Under the pieces are notes generated by a model. It saw only the letters and a list, made by a program, of their open reading frames with translations, was not told the DNA's origin and did no database searches. 62,771 nt of DNA from the NCBI GenBank assembly GCA_022683945.1, contig JAJHSH010000005.1, forward strand, positions 1 through 62,771. Direction: 5' to 3'. The translations under genes were made by a program, and so were the position numbers. Shown here piece by piece: positions 28,963-38,600 of this stretch (the stretch's first letter is position 1; the number at the start of each line of letters is the position of its first letter). The stretch comes from Candidatus Acetothermia bacterium. Its GTDB lineage: Bacteria; Bipolaricaulota; Bipolaricaulia; RBG-16-55-9; DRXL01.

Positions 28963-30243
28963 GTGCCGAGAAAACTTTTCATTCTCAGTCTGGATGGAAC
29001 TCCCTATACGCTGCTCCAACAAGCCTGCCGGCAAGCCAAGATGCCCTATCTCCAAAGGCTCTTAGGCGAAGGCTCTTTTGTGCAGTTAGATTCCGTCATC
29101 CCGACGATCTCCTCCGTCGCTTGGGCGACCTTCGCTACGGGCGTCAACCCCGCCAAGCACAGTATCTTCGGCTTTGTAGATGTAGACAGACAGAAACAGT
29201 TCTACGTTCCCAACGCAAGCCACCTGCGCGCGAAAACCCTCTGGCAGCACTTTGACGATCTGGGGCTGCGCTCGATCTGGATCAACTTACCCATTGCCTA
29301 CCCGCCTGCCCCTATTAACGGAGTAATGATCTCGGGATTTCTCGGCACACGCTTAGAGAACTGCGTCCATCCCGACTCGCTCCTGCCTATCCTTCAGAGA
29401 CTTAACTATCTCATTGACCCGGATCCCGTGCGCGCTCACAGTGACCCCGAGGGCTTTATGAAAGAACTCTTCGCAGCGCTACAAGCACGCCGGGCGCTCA
29501 CACTGCAATTATTACAAAGCGAACCGTGGGACTTCTTCATGCTCCATATTATGGAAACCGACAGACTCCATCACTTCTTTTGGAACGCCAAAGACGATTT
29601 ACATAGCCCCTATCATCGTGATTTCTGGGAGATCTATAAAGAGATTGATATGTTTATAGGAGAGCTTCTCGCCCAGCTTCCCTACGATACTGAATTGTTG
29701 ATGCTCTCCGATCATGGGTTTTGTGCTATCCGGTATGAAGTAGAACTGAACGCGTTTTTAAAAAAACACGGATTGCTCAGATTTCGCAACGGCTCGGCAC
29801 AAGACCTGAGTGATCTCGACGCGCAAACCCGCGCGTTCGGGCTCGTACCCGGGCGTCTCTATCTGCGCGATCTTCACGACAGAGAAGCGATAGAACAGTT
29901 GCTCTATCAATTGTGTGATCCACAAACCCAAGCTTCTGTATGCGGTCGAGTCTATAGCAGGGATGAACTTTACGTTGGGCCCTATCTCGCGCACGCCGCC
30001 GATCTTTTCGCCATTCCGCGACGGGGCTATGACCTCAAAGCCCGCCTTAACGCAACAGAAGTCTTCACGCGCACGGCGCTTCAGGGAATGCATACTCTGG
30101 ACGATGCGTTTCTCTTCGTGCGCCGTCACCAACTGCACGCGACCTCCAAGCCCGGGTTGCTCGATCTTGCTCCGACCATCTGTGAGCTTCTGAATGTGCC
30201 GTCTCTGCCGAGCTATGAAGGTCGTAGTCTGCTGGTGCAGTGA
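28963..30243 (+). CDS. alkaline-phosphatase superfamily nucleotide pyrophosphatase/phosphodiesterase
   Basis: LSLDG, PTISSVAWATFATGVNPAKH, TDRLHH, SDHGF, GMH and DLAPT motifs. Confidence 0.88.
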   Translation: MPRKLFILSLDGTPYTLLQQACRQAKMPYLQRLLGEGSFVQLDSVIPTISSVAWATFATGVNPAKHSIFGFVDVDRQKQFYVPNASHLRAKTLWQHFDDLGLRSIWINLPIAYPPAPINGVMISGFLGTRLENCVHPDSLLPILQRLNYLIDPDPVRAHSDPEGFMKELFAALQARRALTLQLLQSEPWDFFMLHIMETDRLHHFFWNAKDDLHSPYHRDFWEIYKEIDMFIGELLAQLPYDTELLMLSDHGFCAIRYEVELNAFLKKHGLLRFRNGSAQDLSDLDAQTRAFGLVPGRLYLRDLHDREAIEQLLYQLCDPQTQASVCGRVYSRDELYVGPYLAHAADLFAIPRRGYDLKARLNATEVFTRTALQGMHTLDDAFLFVRRHQLHATSKPGLLDLAPTICELLNVPSLPSYEGRSLLVQ

Positions 30244-30252
30244 GGCGATCCC

Positions 30253-31104
30253 GTGAGATTTATTATCTATTCCAAAGCCCTCTATGCCAACTGGGTCTAC
30301 TACAGCCCCGACAGAATTGCTTTTGACGCCGGCGAAGGCATCAGCACGATTTTGGGCAATAAAGTCTTCGCCCTTGAAAAGATCTTTCTCTCACACGGAC
30401 ACGCCGACCACATCACCGGCTTAGTAGGGCTTATTAATATTCGCAACACCGGCATGGGGGATACCGAGAAACCACTGACGGTTTATTATCCCGAAGGGAA
30501 CTGGCGCGTCGGCGAACTCATAAATTATATTAAGAAGACCAATCGTCGTTTGCAGTATGCGCTCGACTGGGTGCCCATCTCTGCCGATGCGCGCGTCAAG
30601 ATCTTCTCCGGACAGTGTGATCGCTATATACAGAGCTTTACGACTCAGCACACCGAAGGCGAGGTCTCTTTGGGCTATACAGTGATCGAAGAGCGCAAGC
30701 GCCTCCAAGAGGCCTATCGCGATCTTTCCCAAGAGAAGATCGTCGAGCTCGTGCGCGCGGGAAAGCGAGACGAGATCACAGAGATTTATGCTAAAAAGCT
30801 CTTCGCGTACGGAGGCGATTCGACTCCGCTCGATCCCGACGACGTTCGCGAAGTAGATATTCTCTGCCACGACACGACGTTCTTAATTGACGAAGAGCGT
30901 GAAGACTTCAAGCACGCCACGCTCTCGGAAGCCCTAGAAGTGGCCCTGCGGGCGCAGGTTCAAGAAGCGCTCTTTGCGTTCCACATCAGCTCGCGCTACA
31001 AACAAACCCTGAGCGAACTCGAAGCCAAGCTTCAAGAAGAGCACCCGCACTTGCCCTTCAAAGTTATTTTTATTCCGCCGGGAAGGATCTTTCGCTATGA
31101 ATAA
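30253..31104 (+). CDS. rnz: ribonuclease Z, Thermotoga (TM)-type
   Basis: SKALYANWVYYSPDRIAFDAGEG, SHGHADH, GMGDTEKPL and short KL...EIY arm, closely matching T. maritima tRNase Z as I recall it. Confidence 0.8.
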   Translation: MRFIIYSKALYANWVYYSPDRIAFDAGEGISTILGNKVFALEKIFLSHGHADHITGLVGLINIRNTGMGDTEKPLTVYYPEGNWRVGELINYIKKTNRRLQYALDWVPISADARVKIFSGQCDRYIQSFTTQHTEGEVSLGYTVIEERKRLQEAYRDLSQEKIVELVRAGKRDEITEIYAKKLFAYGGDSTPLDPDDVREVDILCHDTTFLIDEEREDFKHATLSEALEVALRAQVQEALFAFHISSRYKQTLSELEAKLQEEHPHLPFKVIFIPPGRIFRYE

Positions 31105-31113
31105 AAGTGAGAA

Positions 31114-31470
31114 TCAGACGATTTCGACGATGCGATTGCGCTCGTCCACGTGGACCACACGCGGACGATGGCGCAGCGCCTCGGCGGGATCGAGACCGGC
31201 ATAAGTGAGAATAATGACGAGATCACCGGGGGCACCCCAGCGCGCCGCCGCCCCGTTGAGTTGCACAACTCCAGAATGAGCCGGGCCTTCGATCACATAA
31301 GTTTCCAGGCGCGAGCCGTTGTTAACGTTGACAACTTGGACTCTTTCATAGGGCAGGATCTGTGCAGCGCGCATCAGCTCGCCATCTAATGTCAAACTCC
31401 CTTCATAATGAAGGTCCGTTGCCGTGATCGTCGCCCGGTGAATCTTCGATTTCAACAGATCAACGCGCAT
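31114..31470 (-). CDS. panD: aspartate 1-decarboxylase
   Basis: [12 protein letters not shown] cleavage site, ETYVI and LNGAAAR. Confidence 0.97.
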   Translation of the reverse strand: MRVDLLKSKIHRATITATDLHYEGSLTLDGELMRAAQILPYERVQVVNVNNGSRLETYVIEGPAHSGVVQLNGAAARWGAPGDLVIILTYAGLDPAEALRHRPRVVHVDERNRIVEIV

Positions 31471-31617
31471 ATGTTTTTATCTTAGCGAGTGCGCTTACCC
31501 GGTGCAACTGCAGAACGTCAGAAACGGATTCTTGCGCTGTAAAATAGAAGTTGCTATGATCTTAATTATTAGTCAGATGGACCGATCAAGCGTCGGCCTG
31601 TCAAAGGAAGCTAGTGC

Positions 31618-32757
31618 ATGCTGAGTTTTATCATACGGCGTATTCTTTATATGGTGCCGTTGCTCTTTATTATTTCCATCGTTGCTTTCACCGTCGTAAA
31701 ATTGCAGCCCTCGGATCTGGTAGCCCAATGGAAGTTCAACCCCAGCATCGGCCGAGATCTGCTGGAGAACTTAATCCGACAATTCGATCTGGACAAAGAC
31801 CCCGTAACTCAGTATATAACTTGGTTGAGGAATATCTTCACCAAAGGGGATCTAGGGTTCTCGTTCTTCAATAAAGTTCCCGTCGGGAGCTATCTCTTCG
31901 GCGGTGGATCGCTTCTTTACAGTCTGGTTATCATCTTGGCTACCATGCTCTTCACATGGATGGTGGCCATCCCCATTGGGATCTACAGCGCTACTCATAA
32001 GTACTCTTTTAGAGATCACTCGCTGAACTTCTTGGGCTTTCTGGGGCTCTCCATCCCGGTCTTTCTCTTGGCCATCGTCTTCTTACAAGTGATGGTCTCG
32101 ATCTTGCGGGTCGGGTCGTGGTGCGATATAGATTGGTTGCGACCCATCGTGACCTTCTTCCGTCCGCCTTGCTGGGAGATCAGTCCGGGCGTGTTCTCTT
32201 GTGATGGGGGCATCCTCTGTCTCTCCAAAGAGATGCGCCTTGCACAAGGCTATTACGGGACGGCAGAGGGCTTAGCCGTTGGAGGTCTCTTTGCTCAGGA
32301 GTACATGGTAGCTCCTTGGAGTTGGGATAAGTTCAGGAATTTTCTCTGGCACCTCTGGCCTGTTGTGCTGATCGTGGGCACGGCGAATATCGCGGCGCTG
32401 ATTCGCTACATGCGCGCTAATCTGTTGGATGTGCTAGGACAACCCTATGTTCAAACAGCCCGTGCCAAGGGGCTTTCCGAGAGAGTAGTGATCTACAAGC
32501 ACGCCGTGCGCAATGCCATCAATCCCTTGGTCAGTATGCTGGGCTTTTGGATTCCCTTTATGTTCGAGGGCATCTTAGTGACATCCGCGGTGATGAATCT
32601 CCAAACGGTAGAAGTCAATTATTTTAATGCGCTGCAGACCCAAGACCAATGGGTCATCATGGGAGGATTGCTCTACTTCGGCGTCATCTTAGTTATCGGC
32701 AATCTCATATCAGATGTCTTGTTGGCCGTCGTTGACCCGAAGATCCGCTATGACTGA
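31618..32757 (+). CDS. oligopeptide/dipeptide ABC permease (OppB-like)
   Basis: FIIRRIL, GDLGFS and TARAKGLSER...HAVRNA (EAA loop). Confidence 0.92.
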   Translation: MLSFIIRRILYMVPLLFIISIVAFTVVKLQPSDLVAQWKFNPSIGRDLLENLIRQFDLDKDPVTQYITWLRNIFTKGDLGFSFFNKVPVGSYLFGGGSLLYSLVIILATMLFTWMVAIPIGIYSATHKYSFRDHSLNFLGFLGLSIPVFLLAIVFLQVMVSILRVGSWCDIDWLRPIVTFFRPPCWEISPGVFSCDGGILCLSKEMRLAQGYYGTAEGLAVGGLFAQEYMVAPWSWDKFRNFLWHLWPVVLIVGTANIAALIRYMRANLLDVLGQPYVQTARAKGLSERVVIYKHAVRNAINPLVSMLGFWIPFMFEGILVTSAVMNLQTVEVNYFNALQTQDQWVIMGGLLYFGVILVIGNLISDVLLAVVDPKIRYD

Positions 32758-34033
32758 AAAAGATTCAACCGCAAAGCCAAAAACAGAGCAAGTGAGCGGA
32801 GGAGTTCGCGGCATTGAACCGGTGTCACAGGGGCGTCTCATCTGGCGTCGCTTCAAGCAACATCGCATGGGGCTCTTTGGCAGTATTATTGTTCTTCTTT
32901 TCTATCTGGTCTTTGTTGCTTTTGCCGAGTTCATCGCCCCCTATAACTATAACCAAGAACACCGTGACTTTGGGTATGTAGACCCGATGATCACGCGGAT
33001 TCGCTTCTGGGATAAAGACGGGAATTTTTCGCTCAAACCCTTCGTCTACGGACTGACCAAAGCTCAAGTCTATCTCAACATCGAGACGGGAGAGCATACG
33101 ACCAAGCCCCCCGAAGGCGACCCACGCTACTTCCGTCAACCGGGGATCTTCTGGTGGGGAGAAGATCAAACCCGCAAGTGCTATTTAGAGTTTTTCGTGC
33201 GCGGCGAGGAGTATCGCTTCTGGGATCTGTGGGAGACCGATCTGCATCTTTTTGGAGTGCGCGAGCCGGGGGTCTCGCAGATGGGGCCGGCGGAGCTTGT
33301 GGCCTCCCCGTGCCAGCTCTTCTTATTCGGCACGGATAAATTGGGCTACGATATCTTTTCTATGACGTTGGTCGGCGGCAAGATCTCCTTAGCTATCGGC
33401 CCTTTGGTGATTGTTCTGGCTTTTGTTTTGGGGATTCTTTTGGGGGGCATCTCGGGCTATTACGGCGGTGGAGTCGACACTTTTATTCAGCGCGTGATCG
33501 AGGTCTTTATGGCCCTGCCCCGCTTGGCACTGCTCTTGGCTCTTGCAGTGATCCTGTCGCAGTATAAACTATCGGGGATGGCGGTCTTTTGGGGCATTGT
33601 TTTCATTTTAATTATCGTCAGTTGGGCGCCGCTGGCCCGTGTAGTGCGTGGACAGTTTCTGGCGCTGCGGGAGGCCGAATTTGTCACCGCCGCGCGTGCC
33701 CTCGGAGTCAGCGATCTGCGCGTGATCTTAAAACATATCTTGCCCAACACGACGAGCTATCTGGTTGTCGCGGCGACGCTGACCATTCCCAATATTATTA
33801 TTCTGGAGAGCACGCTCAGCTTCCTGCGCTTAGGGATCCGCGCGCCGCTGACCAGTTGGGGCGTGCTTATGCAAGCCGGCTGGAGCACTCAAGTGATCGA
33901 GAACTATCCTTGGTTTTTGATCCCCGGCATCTTTATTGTCTTAGCCGTGCTCGCCTTTAACTTTATGGGCGACGCCCTGCGCGATGCCGTCGATCCGTTC
34001 ACCGTCACCGGAGCCAAAGAAGAGCTGACTTAA
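32750..34033 (+). CDS. oligopeptide/dipeptide ABC permease (OppC-like)
   Basis: WRRFK, FGTD.LG.D, EFVTAARALG...HILPN and GDALRDA motifs. Confidence 0.92.
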   Translation: MTEKDSTAKPKTEQVSGGVRGIEPVSQGRLIWRRFKQHRMGLFGSIIVLLFYLVFVAFAEFIAPYNYNQEHRDFGYVDPMITRIRFWDKDGNFSLKPFVYGLTKAQVYLNIETGEHTTKPPEGDPRYFRQPGIFWWGEDQTRKCYLEFFVRGEEYRFWDLWETDLHLFGVREPGVSQMGPAELVASPCQLFLFGTDKLGYDIFSMTLVGGKISLAIGPLVIVLAFVLGILLGGISGYYGGGVDTFIQRVIEVFMALPRLALLLALAVILSQYKLSGMAVFWGIVFILIIVSWAPLARVVRGQFLALREAEFVTAARALGVSDLRVILKHILPNTTSYLVVAATLTIPNIIILESTLSFLRLGIRAPLTSWGVLMQAGWSTQVIENYPWFLIPGIFIVLAVLAFNFMGDALRDAVDPFTVTGAKEELT

Positions 34034-34135
34034 TCTCAACTTTATTGACCTCCTAAATTTGATTTTCTCTGGTTTTTTCTCTATTATTGATTATTGCTTA
34101 ATCATCAACTCGCATAGCGAGAGGGGGACTCTTCA

Positions 34136-36622
34136 GTGCCGGAACGCATAGAGAGAGCCTTTATCGAAGACGAGATGCGCGTCTCGTATATTAATTACGC
34201 CATGAGCGTCATTAGGGGACGCGCCATCCCCGATGTTCGCGACGGGCTGAAACCCGTGCAGAGAAGAATTCTGTATACGATGTCGCAGTTGGGACTCGCC
34301 CCCAACCGTTCCCACAAGAAGTCCGCACGCATCGTCGGCGAATGCATGGGCAAATATCACCCGCACGGCGATCAGCCCGTATATGACACGATGGTCAACA
34401 TGGCGCAGCTCTTCTCGTTTCGCTATCCGTTGGTCGATGGGCAGGGGAATTTCGGCAGCATTGACGGCGACGAACCCGCGGCGATGCGCTACACCGAAGC
34501 GCGCCTCACCGCGCTGGCCGAAGAGCTCTTGGCCGAACTCGACGAAAATACCGTAGATTTCGTCCCGAATTTCGACGATTCGCTGACCGAACCCGTCGTC
34601 TTGCCCGCCAAGATCCCCAATCTCTTGCTCAACGGGTCTTGGGGGATCTCTGTAGGCATGACGACCCAGATCCCTCCGCATAATCTGTCCGAAGTGATCG
34701 ACGCGCTCGTCCACACGATTGACAAGACCGATGCTTCTATCGAAGAATTGATGCAGTTGATCAAGGGCCCGGACTTTCCCACGGGCGGGATTATCTTGGG
34801 GCGCGACGGGATCAGCGAAGCCTACCGAAACGGGGAGGGCAAGCTCCGCGTGCGCGGCGTCGCCCGCATCGAAGATCACAGCATTATCATCTCTGAAATC
34901 CCCTTTCAGGTGCGCAAGTCCACTCTGGTCGAAGCCATTGCCAATAAAGTGCGCTCCGGCGATATTGACGAGATCTCCGATCTCAGAGACGAGTCCGATC
35001 GCGACGGAATTCGCGTCGTCGTCGAACTCAAGCGCGGCAGCAACCCCCAATTGGTCTTGCAAAAGCTCTATAAGTACACTCCCCTAGAGTGGACCTTCGG
35101 AGCCAACTTCTTGGTGATCGTTGACGGGAACCCGCGCCGGCTCTCGCTCAAAGAGCTGCTCTATTATTTTATTGTCCATCGGCGCGAGGTCGTCCGTCGG
35201 CGCACACAATCCAGACTGAACGCCGCGCAAGAGCGCGCCCATCTCCTAGAGGGCATGCTCAAAGCCTTAGAAAATAGAGATGAGATCATTGCGCTCATCA
35301 GCAAGTCCAAAGACGTCGCTCAGGCGATGGAGGCGCTGCAGAAAAAATACAAGCTCTCAGAGAAACAAGCCGATGCTATTCTGAAGATGCAACTGCGCCG
35401 CTTTACAGCTTTAGAAACCCAAGAACTCAAAACGGAATTCGAAGAGAAGCAGCAAGCGATCAAAGAGTACAAATCTATTTTAGCCAGCCCGCAGAAGCTC
35501 GATAGTATTATTAAGTCGGAGCTGCTGGAACTGAAGAAGCGCTACGGTGACGCGCGTCGCACACAGGTCTTAGAGGGCGTTGATGGAGCGATGCTCTCGG
35601 AAGATGCGTTTATCCCGGATACGGATCTGCTCATCAGTGTCAGCGTCAAGGGCTACGCCAGCGCTCCCAAAGAAGAGGCCTATAGAAAGCAGCAGCGCGG
35701 CGGCAAAGGGATCTTGGTGATGCGCCTGCGCGACGGCGATGCGATGAAGCGCGTCTTCAGCTGCCATGCCAGAGATGATCTCTTGGTCTTCACCAAAGCC
35801 CATAAAGCCTATAAGTTAAAAGCCTATCAGTTATACTCAGAGCGGCGCGATGTCAAGGGCGAGAACCTGAGAAATTTCATCGGCATGAGCCCGGAAGAAG
35901 AAGTCTGCGCGCTGCTCCCGTTGCGTACCGACGGCACAGAGAATCGGTTCTGCGTGATGGCCACCGCTCAAGGGATCGTCAATCGCAACGCCTACGAAGA
36001 TTTCTACAATGCCCACACCAACGGCATTCTGGCGATCAATCCCGACGAGAGCGATGCTATTATCGACGCCATTCTCTCGCCCGGCGCGGGCGATCTTCTC
36101 TTGGCGAGCGCGCAGGGGATGACCATTCGCTTCAGAGAAGAAGAGGCGCGCTGCACCGGACGCCCAAGCAAGGGCGTCATCGGCATGCGCTTGAACGATG
36201 GGGATCGGCTCACCGGGCTGGTGGCGCTCGCCAAGAGCGATCCCGAAGATAAGCTCCTATTGGTCACCGAAAACGGCTATGGCAAGCGCACGCCGTTAGA
36301 AGAGTTTCCCATACAGGGGCGCGGTGGCAAGGGCGTCTTGGGCATCAAAGTGGACGAGAAGACCGGGCTGATCGTCGCCGCTGAAAGAGTCAAAGACGAC
36401 GACGAGATCATGGTCACGACCATCAACGGAAAAATTATTAGAATCTCAGCCGCAGAAGTGCGCATCGTCAGTCGCTACGCCAAGGGCGTAAAATTAATAG
36501 ATTTAGACGAGGGCGACAAAGTCGTCTCGGTGGTGCGTTACGTGCCGGGCAAGAATGGCGAGGCACCGGATGCTGAAGCATCCGGCTCAGAAGATGCAAG
36601 CCCGCTGAAGCGGGCTGCGTAG
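34136..36622 (+). CDS. gyrA: DNA gyrase subunit A
   Basis: [21 protein letters not shown], GyrA-box QQRGGKG and C-terminal pinwheel repeats. Confidence 0.97.
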   Translation: MPERIERAFIEDEMRVSYINYAMSVIRGRAIPDVRDGLKPVQRRILYTMSQLGLAPNRSHKKSARIVGECMGKYHPHGDQPVYDTMVNMAQLFSFRYPLVDGQGNFGSIDGDEPAAMRYTEARLTALAEELLAELDENTVDFVPNFDDSLTEPVVLPAKIPNLLLNGSWGISVGMTTQIPPHNLSEVIDALVHTIDKTDASIEELMQLIKGPDFPTGGIILGRDGISEAYRNGEGKLRVRGVARIEDHSIIISEIPFQVRKSTLVEAIANKVRSGDIDEISDLRDESDRDGIRVVVELKRGSNPQLVLQKLYKYTPLEWTFGANFLVIVDGNPRRLSLKELLYYFIVHRREVVRRRTQSRLNAAQERAHLLEGMLKALENRDEIIALISKSKDVAQAMEALQKKYKLSEKQADAILKMQLRRFTALETQELKTEFEEKQQAIKEYKSILASPQKLDSIIKSELLELKKRYGDARRTQVLEGVDGAMLSEDAFIPDTDLLISVSVKGYASAPKEEAYRKQQRGGKGILVMRLRDGDAMKRVFSCHARDDLLVFTKAHKAYKLKAYQLYSERRDVKGENLRNFIGMSPEEEVCALLPLRTDGTENRFCVMATAQGIVNRNAYEDFYNAHTNGILAINPDESDAIIDAILSPGAGDLLLASAQGMTIRFREEEARCTGRPSKGVIGMRLNDGDRLTGLVALAKSDPEDKLLLVTENGYGKRTPLEEFPIQGRGGKGVLGIKVDEKTGLIVAAERVKDDDEIMVTTINGKIIRISAAEVRIVSRYAKGVKLIDLDEGDKVVSVVRYVPGKNGEAPDAEASGSEDASPLKRAA
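36564..36617. repeat. family B-related double hairpin encoding the GyrA C-terminal tail
   Basis: 49 of 54 nt identical to intergenic 56693-56746. Confidence 0.85.
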
Positions 36623-36635
36623 TCTGCCCAGAGCC

Positions 36636-38042
36636 ATGCGCACGGTCATCGGTTTAGAAGTTCACGCCCAGCTCTTGACCAAGACCAAGCTCTTCTGTAG
36701 CTGCTCAGCCGAGTATTTCGGCGCGTCCCCCAATGCGCGCACCTGTCCCGTCTGTCTGGGGATGCCCGGCGCGCTGCCGGTGCTCAACGAGCTGGCTGTC
36801 GAGTATGCCCTCAAAGCCGCGCTCGCCCTGCACTGCGAGATTCCCCCGCGCTCGATCTTCGCCCGAAAAAATTATTTCTATCCCGATCTGCCCAAGGGGT
36901 ATCAGATCTCGCAGTATGAAGAGCCGCTGGCTGTCAAGGGCCATCTCGATCTGCCTACGGGGAAGCGCATCAGAATTCGCCGGCTTCATCTGGAAGAAGA
37001 TACGGGGAAGCTCCTGCATCGTCCTGAGGGGTACAGTTTAGTTGACCTCAATCGCGCCGGCGTACCGCTCATGGAGATCGTCAGCGAGCCTGATCTGGAT
37101 TCTCCTGAAGAAGCGAGGCTTTACGTCGAAGAGCTGCGACGCATCTTGCGCTATCTGGGCGTCTGCAGCGGCGACATGGAAGAAGGCTCGTTGCGATGCG
37201 ATGCGAACGTCTCCGTCAGCGTGGACGACCAACTGGGCACGAAGACGGAGATTAAGAATATGAACTCTTTTCGGGCCATCGAAGAGGCGCTGAAGTTCGA
37301 GGTCGCACGTCAGAAGGCCGTATTACAAAAGGGAGAGCAGATCGAGCAAGCCACGCTCACCTGGAACGAGATCACAGAGAAGACCGAGCTGATGCGCAGC
37401 AAAGAAGAAGCCGAGGACTATCGTTATTTTCCTGAGCCTGATTTGGTTCCTTTGCAGATAGAGGACGCTTGGAGAGAGAAAATGACGGAGTCACTGCCGG
37501 AGCTGCCCGCGGCCAAGCAGGCCCGCTGGGCGCACGATTACGGGCTGCCGGCGTATGACATTAGCGTGCTGACCGATGAGCGTCGCATCGCCGAGTATTT
37601 TGAAGAAGTCGTCAAAATCTATAACAAGCCCAAAGACGCGAGCAACTGGATGATGTCGGAGCTTTTGAGACTGCGCAAAGAAGCGCCGACGAGCGCGATC
37701 AAGATAGCCCCGAAAGACTTCGCTCACATCTTGCAGATGGTCGAGTCGGGACAGATCAATAGAAATACAGGCAAAGAAGTGATCGCAGAGGCTTTCCAGA
37801 CGGGCAAGACTCCCGAAGCGATCGTCCAAGAGAAGGGACTGAGCCAGATCGCCGACGAAGAGACGTTGCTCTCAGCGATAGATAGAGTCTTAGCTGAGAA
37901 CAGCAAAGCTGTAGCGGACTACAAATCGGGCAAAGAGGCCGTTGTCGGGTTCTTACAGGGCCAAGTGATGAGAGCAACGGGAGGCAAGGCCGATCCGAAG
38001 AAGGCCAGAGAACTGTTAATGCGGAAACTCACTGCGCTGTGA
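36636..38042 (+). CDS. gatB: Asp-tRNA(Asn)/Glu-tRNA(Gln) amidotransferase subunit B
   Basis: [28 protein letters not shown] and YRYFPEPDL motifs. Confidence 0.97.
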   Translation: MRTVIGLEVHAQLLTKTKLFCSCSAEYFGASPNARTCPVCLGMPGALPVLNELAVEYALKAALALHCEIPPRSIFARKNYFYPDLPKGYQISQYEEPLAVKGHLDLPTGKRIRIRRLHLEEDTGKLLHRPEGYSLVDLNRAGVPLMEIVSEPDLDSPEEARLYVEELRRILRYLGVCSGDMEEGSLRCDANVSVSVDDQLGTKTEIKNMNSFRAIEEALKFEVARQKAVLQKGEQIEQATLTWNEITEKTELMRSKEEAEDYRYFPEPDLVPLQIEDAWREKMTESLPELPAAKQARWAHDYGLPAYDISVLTDERRIAEYFEEVVKIYNKPKDASNWMMSELLRLRKEAPTSAIKIAPKDFAHILQMVESGQINRNTGKEVIAEAFQTGKTPEAIVQEKGLSQIADEETLLSAIDRVLAENSKAVADYKSGKEAVVGFLQGQVMRATGGKADPKKARELLMRKLTAL

Positions 38043-38046
38043 GCCC

Positions 38047-38517
38047 TCAGGATCTTCTCTCGTTCAATCTATACGTCGCAATCCCAAAAGCAACAGCGAC
38101 ATTCAGAGATTCTTTCGTGCCGTGCATGGGGAGCGTGAGAATCGCATCGGCACGCTTCAAGAGCGCTTCCGAGAGCCCGGTCACTTCGTTGCCCAGCACC
38201 AGGGCGCTGGGGAATTGGGGAAGAAATTCGCGATAGTCTATCGCGGGCAACCTCAAATTGTTCTCCAGAGCAACGATCTGGACGTCCTGAGCTTTCAGAC
38301 GCTCCAGCAGTCTCCAAGTTTGCGCGACATGCTCCCACGGAACGGTCTTTTCGGCTCCTAGAGCTACTTTTTCGATCTCGTCGCGTGGCGGCGTTGGTGT
38401 GTAGCCGCACAGATAGATTTTAGTGATTCCCGCGGCGTCGGCGGTTCTGAAAATAGCCCCGACGTTGAAGGTGCTGCGGATGTTGTCGCAGACGACGTAG
38501 AAGTCTTGGGTGAACAT
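38047..38517 (-). CDS. TrmH/SpoU family RNA methyltransferase
   Basis: DNIRS.FNVGAIFRTAD, LGNEVTGL and ESLNVAVA motifs. Confidence 0.92.
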   Translation of the reverse strand: MFTQDFYVVCDNIRSTFNVGAIFRTADAAGITKIYLCGYTPTPPRDEIEKVALGAEKTVPWEHVAQTWRLLERLKAQDVQIVALENNLRLPAIDYREFLPQFPSALVLGNEVTGLSEALLKRADAILTLPMHGTKESLNVAVAFGIATYRLNERRS

Positions 38518-38560
38518 AACCCCTCTACCCCTCCCCGACACGAAGGGGAATGGGGTTAGG
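38515..38560. repeat. degenerate family A variant (CxTAACCCC...GGGGTTAGG)
   Basis: CATAACCCC...CCCCT...AGGGG..GGGGTTAGG; its end coincides with the methyltransferase ATG. Confidence 0.5.
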
Positions 38561-38600
38561 TCTATTGTACACTATCGTGCGCCCTCGGTATACTAAAACT

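Noticed and set aside
34133-35062. 309-aa minus-strand ORF
   Set aside because: Antisense shadow of gyrA with no independent motifs.
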